Source of the DNA: Myxococcota bacterium
GTDB lineage: Bacteria; Myxococcota_A; Polyangia; Nannocystales; Nannocystaceae
Assembly (NCBI GenBank): GCA_039028615.1
Contig: JBCCHT010000002.1
Location: 480,001-544,000 of the forward strand
DNA: 64,000 nucleotides
Reading direction: 5' to 3'
Shown here in pieces: positions 56,691-64,000 of the stretch. How positions within the stretch are numbered: position 1 is the first letter of the stretch; the number at the start of each line of letters is the position of its first letter. The notes under the pieces were generated by a model. The model saw only the letters and a list, made by a program, of their open reading frames with translations. It made no database searches and was not told the DNA's origin. Made by a program: the position numbers and the translations under genes.

Positions 56691-57755
56691 CTACTTTAGG
56701 TCCGTCGAGCGCCAGCCCACCGCCCGCACGGCCCGACTCGAAACCAAGCGCTCGGCGTGGCCTTCGACCAGATCGATGAGCTCGATGCCCTCGCGAGTCG
56801 CAGCGACCATGGTCCACGCATCGGCCGATACGCTGCCATCGTAGTGAATCGTCGACAGCGCGCTGACCTGCGCCAGCTGGTGGCCATCGATGGCGATGCC
56901 GAACCAGTCGGCGGGCAACAGGTGCACGCCATGCCCCTGCACTCGCGGCGGCATGGCGAGTGCATCGATGGTCGTCGCCGAGCGCATGAGGTCGGGGTCT
57001 TCGAGCACGGACACGAACACCCCGCGCCCATCGGGCGAGAACACGGGCAAGCCGAGGTCGTAGACGTCGTCACCATCCACCAGCACACGTAGCGGCGTCC
57101 CGTCGGCGGTGCCCAGGACCACGTCGCGGCTCCATGTCTCCGGATCGATGGCGACCCAGGCCACGTGCACGCCATCGGGAGAGACGGCCGGTTCGGTCGC
57201 CCAGGGAATCTCCACCTCGACTTCGCCCGACGCCCGATTCACCCGCCGCACCGAGGAGGGAGGCTCGTCGCCCTCCTCCGCCACCACGGAGGCGTCTTGC
57301 GCCGCATACCAGACCGACTCGCCGTCGGCGGACCACACGGGACAAAGCGCCCAGATCCCTGCTTCGTCCTCCCCCAGCACATGACGTGGGCCCTGCTCCT
57401 CGAGCTCGACCAACACGCTGCGATCGAAGCCGGCCTCGCCCCCCTGGGCCGGCTCGGTGTAGGCGAGCAGGATCTGCCCCGACTGCGGATGCACGGCCAA
57501 GTCGTAGGCAAACGCACCGCTGGGCAGAGTGAAGAGCGTCTCCACCTCGCCCGCCCCTGGCCGCATCGCCGCCACCCGAAAGTTGGGCGGCCCCCCCTGC
57601 TCGATGAACACCACCTCGGCTGCAAGCTCGAGCGCAGCACCGGAGCCCGACTCCGACTCGAACGTGTCTTCCCCCGAGGACCCACTCGAGTCCCCTCGAC
57701 ATGCCGCGAGCATCAGCGCCCCGACCAGGGCGCTCCATGTCCACCGTGGAGTCAT
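56691..57755 (-). CDS. TolB-like beta-propeller lipoprotein
   Basis: Lipobox LAAC and PD40-like repeats PVWSADG, PAVSPDG, PVFSPDG. Confidence 0.8.
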   Translation of the reverse strand: MTPRWTWSALVGALMLAACRGDSSGSSGEDTFESESGSGAALELAAEVVFIEQGGPPNFRVAAMRPGAGEVETLFTLPSGAFAYDLAVHPQSGQILLAYTEPAQGGEAGFDRSVLVELEEQGPRHVLGEDEAGIWALCPVWSADGESVWYAAQDASVVAEEGDEPPSSVRRVNRASGEVEVEIPWATEPAVSPDGVHVAWVAIDPETWSRDVVLGTADGTPLRVLVDGDDVYDLGLPVFSPDGRGVFVSVLEDPDLMRSATTIDALAMPPRVQGHGVHLLPADWFGIAIDGHQLAQVSALSTIHYDGSVSADAWTMVAATREGIELIDLVEGHAERLVSSRAVRAVGWRSTDLK

Positions 57756-57765
57756 CGAAAAACGC

Positions 57766-58617
57766 CTAGCCTCCCGGCGGTGGACCAGGCGGCATCCCCG
57801 AGTCTTCGACTTCGCCGTGGTAGCAGGTGATGCTGTAGGGCGACATCTCGGTGAGGTGATAGTGGTAGATGCCGTCGGGGCACTCGGGCGTCGCCCCTTC
57901 GTGGCCGCTGCACTCGTCGAGGTCGGCGGGCGGCTCCCCGTCCGCGCCGAAGGGGCCGTACACGGGAAAACCGTCGAGCAGCGCCCCGATGATCACCGAG
58001 TGCTCCCCCGGCGTGTCGACGACATCGGTAATGCAGTAGGGCACGCCGTGATAGTGGTACGTGCCGCCGTCGGGCAACGGATGACCATTGCACGGGTCGA
58101 TGAAGGGCACCCCACCCACATCGAAGTTGTTGTCGAGCGCGACCGAGGTCCCGTCCCCCTCGTAGGGGTTGAAGTACACGCCGCCGCTGATCGCCATGCC
58201 GATGGCACCCAGGCCGGTCTCGGTGACCGTATCCGAGTACACGGGGATCGCGGGGATGGTGATCGACTGGGACGAAGCGTCGACCCCGATCGTCGACCCG
58301 TCCATCAGGGCGTAGGCCTCGAGCACGTCGTGCTCGGGCAGGCCATCGGACTCGAGGACGATGCTCTCCCCGTCCATGGTGACGCTCATGTCGTCGGCCC
58401 ACATCGCCCCGAGAATCGCCTCGGCAATGGCATCGTGGCCCGCCGAGGCGGCTGAGTCCTCGGCCCCCGACTCTCCGTCCGCCGTCGGGTTGCTCCCCGT
58501 GTCTTGCTCGGCACCGGACTCGCCGTCGGCGTCCGCACCGGGTTCGTCAGGGTCGGAACACGCGGACGCCAGGAACCCAATGACGACGAACGAGAGCAGC
58601 CAAGGGCGGGTTTGCAT
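57766..58617 (-). CDS. YHYH domain lipoprotein
   Basis: Lipobox ASAC, IG.AISGG..FNP, D.CNGH, YHYH, IG..LDGFPVYGP, LDECSGH and YHYH. Confidence 0.9.
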   Translation of the reverse strand: MQTRPWLLSFVVIGFLASACSDPDEPGADADGESGAEQDTGSNPTADGESGAEDSAASAGHDAIAEAILGAMWADDMSVTMDGESIVLESDGLPEHDVLEAYALMDGSTIGVDASSQSITIPAIPVYSDTVTETGLGAIGMAISGGVYFNPYEGDGTSVALDNNFDVGGVPFIDPCNGHPLPDGGTYHYHGVPYCITDVVDTPGEHSVIIGALLDGFPVYGPFGADGEPPADLDECSGHEGATPECPDGIYHYHLTEMSPYSITCYHGEVEDSGMPPGPPPGG

Positions 58618-58811
58618 GTCGGCCTACGGTGCAAGAGCCAGGCACTGCAGTCGCCGCATCAATTTCAAACAGTTGCCGCCAGATTCAGGCCACGGCTGCG
58701 AATCTCGCAGGCACGTTTCCTTCATCCGTCGGCAACTCTCGCAGTCATGACGGTGGGTCCGAGGCCCCGAGTAAGGGCGTCCCGAGGCCTCGGACCTACC
58801 AGGACCTTCAT

Positions 58812-59387
58812 CTACTCGGCGGGCGCGTCCTCGTCGTCGTGCACGCTCACCTCGACCTCGCGGCGACCATCGGGGTGGTCGGTGATCTCCACGTCGATCT
58901 CTCCGGTCACGCCCTTCGCTCGCAGGTCGTCGATGATCTGCGCGCGGAGCTGTTCGGGATCCTCGGGCTCGCCTTCGGCTGGCATGGGCGTCGCCTCGAC
59001 ATCGAGGGGCGAGACGATCACGGCGTCGGCGGTGAGCCACGGGAACTCGTCCTCGAGCTCGGCCGCGAACTCGTCGTCGGTCGGCATGTCTTGTCCCCAC
59101 AGCTCGACCACGACCTCGGCCGGTCCGCCGTCCTCACCCTTTTTCACCTCGGCCCGGGCACTGCCCACGTCAGCCTGCGACTCGATGTGCTGCAGCAAGG
59201 CGTGAATCTGCTCCATCTCGGCGTGCTCGGCCGGGATGGTCAGCTCGAGGCGGCGCCCCTCGGGGGCTGCTTCACCGTCCCGCATCTCCGTGGGAGACGA
59301 GGTGTCCTCGGCATGCGTGGCGCAAGCGGTGGGGACGAGCAGCAGCGGAATCGCGGCGAGACACAGGAGGCAACGGCGTGGGCTCAT
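58812..59387 (-). CDS. Hypothetical acidic lipoprotein
   Basis: Signal MSPRRCLL...PTAC and acidic body. Confidence 0.7.
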   Translation of the reverse strand: MSPRRCLLCLAAIPLLLVPTACATHAEDTSSPTEMRDGEAAPEGRRLELTIPAEHAEMEQIHALLQHIESQADVGSARAEVKKGEDGGPAEVVVELWGQDMPTDDEFAAELEDEFPWLTADAVIVSPLDVEATPMPAEGEPEDPEQLRAQIIDDLRAKGVTGEIDVEITDHPDGRREVEVSVHDDEDAPAE

Positions 59388-59614
59388 GATGCTGCTCCCT
59401 ACGAGGCCCCTCCATTTTGGTGACGCGTTCGCGACGGGAAAATCGACGGAGTCGCGCGAACACCGGGACTGCTCGCCCTCGGTCCAATGGGGCAACCCGG
59501 GAGGTCACGACGAAATGGACCGCGAATCCGCTGCGGGAAAACTGTCCGAACCCAACCTCGGTTTCCCCCGATTGGGCAATGATTCTCGCCCATTGACTTC
59601 TATTGACCTGAAGG

Positions 59615-59628
59615 TTGATCCAGATCAC
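59615..59628 (+). promoter_or_regulatory. FNR/CRP-family binding site
   Basis: TTGAT-CCAG-ATCAC (9/10 to TTGAT-N4-ATCAA), centred about 42 nt before ATG 59664. Confidence 0.6.
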
Positions 59629-59663
59629 AGTTGCGCAAATTTTCGCGGATCTAAGCTTCGCGA

Positions 59664-60524
59664 ATGCACCAACGGCTTGCAACTTCGCTTTTCCTAGGGC
59701 TGTGCGCCGCCGCCCTCGGCACCACCGGGTGTGGGGACGACTCGACGGGCGACACCGGCAACGCCGGCTCGACGAGCGAGGCGACGACGACCGACAACGC
59801 CACCACCGAGGTGGCCACCACCGAGGTGGGCGGCACCACCGACAGCACCCCGGCCGACGGCACCACGACCGACGCCGAGGACGAGACCGGCGACGAGTCC
59901 AGCGGCGGCTCGAAGGGCGGATGCCAGGTCTGGGCGATTTCCTACACCCTCGACGGCAGCGAGTTCGAGATCAGCGGGACTCCGGCCGGCGGCGCGGGTG
60001 ACCAGGTCAACACCGTCCAGGAGCCCTACGACGACCCCTCCAACATCGGCCCCGGCTCCGTGACCGTGCACTTCGAGGACGTGGACGGAGCCCCCGGCGG
60101 CCTGGCCACCCTCAACGCGTACGACATGAGCCTGCAGTTCGTGGTCGACTCCGTCGGCGTGACGGTGACCACCGACATCACCACCTCGGCCGGACCGCAG
60201 GAGTGCGGCGTCACGGCCGGGCTGGTCAACGGCACCTCCGTCGCTTGGGCTCCGCCCCAGATCGTGGGCCTCGAGACCGAGGGCAATATCGTCTGCGACG
60301 GCATGCTCTGCGGCATCGCCATGTTCGAGGACGGCGTGCCCGTCGACCAGAGCGGGACCTCCGACCAGACCATCAACAGCTTCGAGTTCACCGAGGACTT
60401 CAGCGGCTTCACGATGGAAGAGGTCGTCGTGCAGATGGACACCAACGCCACGAACTCGTGGATGTACACGGGCACCGAGACCAGCCGCGAGCTCGTCGAC
60501 GCGCCCGACTGCGAGTGCCAGTAA
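59664..60524 (+). CDS. Hypothetical lipoprotein (Thr-rich linker, beta-rich domain)
   Basis: Lipobox TTGC-GDD, long T/D/E linker, strong GC3 bias. Confidence 0.85.
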   Translation: MHQRLATSLFLGLCAAALGTTGCGDDSTGDTGNAGSTSEATTTDNATTEVATTEVGGTTDSTPADGTTTDAEDETGDESSGGSKGGCQVWAISYTLDGSEFEISGTPAGGAGDQVNTVQEPYDDPSNIGPGSVTVHFEDVDGAPGGLATLNAYDMSLQFVVDSVGVTVTTDITTSAGPQECGVTAGLVNGTSVAWAPPQIVGLETEGNIVCDGMLCGIAMFEDGVPVDQSGTSDQTINSFEFTEDFSGFTMEEVVVQMDTNATNSWMYTGTETSRELVDAPDCECQ

Positions 60525-60603
60525 CCGCCATCACCTTCGGGTGACGCGGCAGGGCCAGGTGGCGTGCATGCGCTCCCTGGCCCTGTTCATTGGTTCGAGC
60601 CCC

Positions 60604-61815
60604 TCAGTACTCGACCAGCAGCCCCGCGGGCGGCTGGGCCACGCCGCGGTCCGTCTCCGGGTCGATCCAGTCGCTCAGCTCGTCGGCCAGCCCGATCAGC
60701 AGCTGAGTGCCGAGCCGCGGCCGTCGCTTGCACAACGAGCGGAAGACCTCCGTCTCGAGCACGATGACCTGGGTATCGACCTCGGCGGTGAGCGTGGCCG
60801 GGCAGTGCCGCGAGGCGACCAGGGTGGTGGCCCCGATGCCGCTGCCGCGCTCGAGGTGGGCGAAGTGTCCGCTGGGCAGCTCCCAGCGCAAGCGACCGTC
60901 GAGCACCACGTGCAGCGCTCCGTTGCTGTGACCGTGCTCGATGAGCACCTCGCCCGCCGCGTGCTGCCGGACCGTCATGTCGTCTGCCACGCGGGCCAGG
61001 TCGGCCAGCGACAGCGCAGCGAAGATCGGCACCTTGCACAGCGCCTCCACCACCGGGCGGCTGAGCCCCTCGCCGCCGCCCCCGTGGCGCCAGGCCACCG
61101 CGGTGATGTTGTCGCGCGAGCCGGCCTCCTTGGCGCGCTCGACCAGGCCCCGCAGGGCGGGCTCGAGATCGTGGGAGCCTTCGAGCACGTCGACCACGTG
61201 CTCGGGCGGATCGAGAGCCGGGTTGAGCCCATCGGAGCACAGCAGCAGCAGGTCGCCGGGGTGCACCTCGAGCAGCAGCGTCTCGACCATCACCGAGGCC
61301 TGCGACCCGACGTTGCGCGTCAGCACCCGCGAGTGAGGGTGCCCGGGCACCGTCTCGCGAGCGATCGCCCCCCCCCGATACAGCTCGGCGGCCAGGGTGT
61401 GATCGGTGCTGATCTGCTCGAGCACGCCGTCGCGCAGCAGGAAGAGCCGGCTGTCGCCCACGTGCCCCATGATGGCCTTTTCGCCCTCGACCAGCACCGC
61501 GGTGAGCGTGGTGCTCATGCCCGCCAGCGCCCGCTTCTCGGTGGCCTCGCGATGCACGGTGGCGCACGCGGACTCCATCGCGCGCTGCATCACCACCCAG
61601 GCCGGATCGCGAGACTCGGGGTCGCCCCGCCACGCCGCGATGGCATCGCGCAGCACCTGCACCGCCATGGCCGAGGCCACGTCCCCCGCCTGCCGTCCGC
61701 CCACGCCATCGGCGACGACGTACAGACCCAGGGCGTCGTCGGCGAAGCAAGAATCCTGGTTGTCCTCGCGGAGCCCCACATCGGAGACCGCGGCGCTGAT
61801 TGAAGTGGTGCTCAT
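60604..61815 (-). CDS. PP2C Ser/Thr phosphatase with C-terminal cNMP-binding-like domain
   Basis: DVG.REDNQD, VADGVGG, GHVGDSR, LCSDGL and RDNIT, then IFAALS...GEVLIE.G..L.VVLDG. Confidence 0.92.
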   Translation of the reverse strand: MSTTSISAAVSDVGLREDNQDSCFADDALGLYVVADGVGGRQAGDVASAMAVQVLRDAIAAWRGDPESRDPAWVVMQRAMESACATVHREATEKRALAGMSTTLTAVLVEGEKAIMGHVGDSRLFLLRDGVLEQISTDHTLAAELYRGGAIARETVPGHPHSRVLTRNVGSQASVMVETLLLEVHPGDLLLLCSDGLNPALDPPEHVVDVLEGSHDLEPALRGLVERAKEAGSRDNITAVAWRHGGGGEGLSRPVVEALCKVPIFAALSLADLARVADDMTVRQHAAGEVLIEHGHSNGALHVVLDGRLRWELPSGHFAHLERGSGIGATTLVASRHCPATLTAEVDTQVIVLETEVFRSLCKRRPRLGTQLLIGLADELSDWIDPETDRGVAQPPAGLLVEY

Positions 61816-61862
61816 GGTGGCCTCGACTGGAGACCGTTTCTAACACGCTACCCCGCCGCCGT

Positions 61863-63311
61863 TCACAGGGGGATGTACAGCAGCTGTAGACCATCGACGA
61901 GCGCGGGGCTGTTGCAGCTGAACTGGAGCCCCTCGGTGGAGTCGAGCTGTATGCCCGCGCTCGCCTCGGCCCCGGCATTGGCGCTGTTGATGCCGTTTTG
62001 CGTGTCTACGTAGCAGACGTCGATCCTGCCCGTGAGCTCGTGGAGCACGACCTGAAAGCGCATGAGGTCGACCGCGTCCCCCCCGAAGTTGGCCGTGTCC
62101 CACTGCACCACGAAGCGCTGGTCCCCGGGAACGCCGAGCATCTGGTGGTAGACCTCGCCCGCTCCCACCGCGGGGTTGAGATCGTCCCAGAACACGTACA
62201 GCACGTTGCTCGCGGGCTCCGTGCTCGTGGGCAGGCAGGTGTTGCCGAAGCCCAAGTACGAGTCGTCGCCCCACCGCAGCGTGCCGTTGGACTGAATGTT
62301 CACCGTCGCGTGGTCGACTCCGTAGAGCGGGAAATCGAAGCCCATGGGGACCTCGACGTTGCTGTCGTCGCTCAACCCCGTGGCCGTGCCCGTAAAGCTG
62401 ATGTCGTCGCACGTGGGGAAGGCGGGGGCCAGCGAGTAGCCGCTGTAGCCCGAGTCGCTGCCGAAGGGCGTCGCCGGAATGTCGCAGCTGGCCAGGTCGA
62501 GCTGGCAGCCGCCCGTGCAGCCCAAGCTCCCGCCCGTCAGACCGAGCGTCCCGCAGCTCGCCCCGCCGAGCTCGGTGCCATCGCAGCTCTCGGTCCCGTC
62601 GATGATGCCGTTGCCGCACAGACCACACGCGCTCGGGTCCACCGCGGAACAGTCGGGCGTGCACTGCAGGACCCCGCTGTCGAAGCCACGCGCGAGGCAG
62701 GTCTGGCCGCGAACATCGGCCCCATCGCAGACTTCGCCGCCGTCCGCCACGAGGTTGCCGCAGCTCCCACAGCCGCTGGTATCGAGCGCGTTGCAGGTGA
62801 GCACGCAGGCGAGCTCGCCGCTGTCGAAGCCTTCGCTCTGGCACGAGGCCCCGCCGAAGTCGTCGGCGTCACACAGCTCGGGACCTTCCTGCACGCCGTC
62901 TCCGCAGGTGGGCGGCAGGATGCAGCCGGTCAGGTCGTAGCCCGAGCAATCGTCCAGGCACGCCAGCGCTCCGCCCTCGAGCCCCTGATCGGTGCAGTCT
63001 TGCCCGACCAGGTCGGCGCCATCGCAGACCTCGCCCGCCTCGGCGACGCCGTCGCCACAGACGATCGGCGAGCCCGAGGAGGAGCTGGAATCGACCGCGG
63101 CCGTCGTCTCCGCCGCCGTGGTCCCGGGCTCGCCCGAGCTGTCGAGCGCCGCCGTGGTGTCGGATTCGGACGGACCCGCGGACCCGCCCGTGCCCGTCGT
63201 ATCCGCGCTCGTCGTCGATGCGCTCGGCTCCGGCGTCGCGGCGACGTCGTCGCTGGGGCATCCCATGGACAACGCGCTCGAGGCCGCGAGAGAGTAGAGG
63301 TCGATTCGCAC
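61863..63311 (-). CDS. Lipoprotein with four CGxG cysteine repeats and a C-terminal NIDO-like domain
   Basis: Lipobox SMGC, four repeats CG(D/N)x...E.CD..D..G..C...G..GG.L.C...C...D.S.C, then GFDFPLYG...NG.L...WDDL...FVVQW...FQVVL. GTG start estimated. Confidence 0.8.
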   Translation of the reverse strand: MRIDLYSLAASSALSMGCPSDDVAATPEPSASTTSADTTGTGGSAGPSESDTTAALDSSGEPGTTAAETTAAVDSSSSSGSPIVCGDGVAEAGEVCDGADLVGQDCTDQGLEGGALACLDDCSGYDLTGCILPPTCGDGVQEGPELCDADDFGGASCQSEGFDSGELACVLTCNALDTSGCGSCGNLVADGGEVCDGADVRGQTCLARGFDSGVLQCTPDCSAVDPSACGLCGNGIIDGTESCDGTELGGASCGTLGLTGGSLGCTGGCQLDLASCDIPATPFGSDSGYSGYSLAPAFPTCDDISFTGTATGLSDDSNVEVPMGFDFPLYGVDHATVNIQSNGTLRWGDDSYLGFGNTCLPTSTEPASNVLYVFWDDLNPAVGAGEVYHQMLGVPGDQRFVVQWDTANFGGDAVDLMRFQVVLHELTGRIDVCYVDTQNGINSANAGAEASAGIQLDSTEGLQFSCNSPALVDGLQLLYIPL

Positions 63312-63398
63312 CGCGGATCCAATGTACGCGGATGCGCTCGTGGAAGCCACGCGTAGATCGAGCACCGCCGACACCATTGCGCTGGTACACTCGTCGAC

Positions 63399-64000
63399 AT
63401 GGGTACGAAAAGGAGTCGGCGAATCGCGGTGCTGCTCCTTTCGCTCGCGGCATGTGGCGATGATCTGCCGAGCCAAGGAGGCTCTGCGTCCAGCGACACG
63501 GGCACGGCCGACACGGGCCTTCCCGAGGCCGGCACCACCGTGGCGACGCCCGACGACGACGACACGACCGGCGCGGGCACGACCAGCGAACCGGGCGATA
63601 CGGGCTCCGAATCGGGCGATACGGGGCCATTGCCGCCCCCGGAGCTCAACCCGGAGATCATGCTCACCCGCATGTCGAGCTGGCCCGGCGGGGGACTCGA
63701 GCTGACCGTCGCAGTCGAAGACGAGCAGGGCTTCCCCATCACCGCAGACCTCGGGGACGACCTCGAGCTCCGCTGGCTGGATACCCAACGAAGCGTGCCC
63801 ATCGCGACCCACGCGGCCGCCCCCGATGCGTCCTCGGGCCACTTGCTGGTCATGGTCACCCCGGGGGACACCGCCCTCGAGCACACCCACGTGCTGGCCG
63901 TCGTGTCCGAGTTGATCGAGCGCAGGCCGGCCGGAGAACGCATCGCGCTGTACCGCTGGGGCGACGAGGTCGAGCAGCTGGTCGACTTCACCCACGATCG
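63399..64000 (+). CDS. Lipoprotein, partial (runs off window; not in ORF track)
   Basis: MGTKRSRRIAVLLLSLAACGDD..., T/G/D linker, then LTVAVEDEQG.PI...ERIALYRW...LVDFT reminiscent of a vWA-associated region. No stop before the window end. Confidence 0.75.
   Translation, partial: MGTKRSRRIAVLLLSLAACGDDLPSQGGSASSDTGTADTGLPEAGTTVATPDDDDTTGAGTTSEPGDTGSESGDTGPLPPPELNPEIMLTRMSSWPGGGLELTVAVEDEQGFPITADLGDDLELRWLDTQRSVPIATHAAAPDASSGHLLVMVTPGDTALEHTHVLAVVSELIERRPAGERIALYRWGDEVEQLVDFTHD

Noticed and set aside
58625..58650. sigma54 promoter upstream of the YHYH gene
   Set aside because: TTGC is present on the minus strand, but the -24 position reads TG rather than the invariant GG.
61863..63995. 710-aa ORF as a single protein
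   Set aside because: The upstream 228 codons are antisense to the + strand lipoprotein starting at 63399. The signal peptide starts near 63311.

Overview
GC-rich chromosomal window, most likely from a myxobacterium of the Nannocystaceae type. This is an inference from MYXO-CTERM tails, a DUF1592/DUF1552 pair, CGNG cysteine repeats and many lipoproteins with Ser/Thr/Gly/Asp-rich linkers. It holds about 55 CDS and one tRNA-Ile2(CAT). Housekeeping genes include argH, gor, gltB-gltD, an Lgt-family gene, a ROK kinase, glpX, hom and eno. There is a sigma54 two-component system divergent from a HlyD/ABC exporter, and about 19 predicted lipoproteins, many of them cysteine-rich. I saw no transposase, integrase, phage gene or CRISPR array. 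Most notable observations: (1) a surface-anchored protein (5908-6747) whose cysteine spacing is an almost perfect mirror image around a central turn, predicting a nested ladder of about 15 disulfides; (2) a TANNNT -10 element 5-10 nt before at least 16 start codons, suggesting pervasive leaderless mRNAs; (3) a divergent Lgt paralogue near a MYXO-CTERM gene; (4) two pseudo-enzyme arrangements, a doubly degenerate M16 pair coupled to eno and an active plus inactive amidohydrolase pair; (5) recognisable regulatory sites, namely a sigma54 promoter with enhancer, an FNR/CRP box at the class II position and an AT-rich 7-1-7 operator. All calls come from reading motifs by eye. No database searches were run, and start codons are best estimates.
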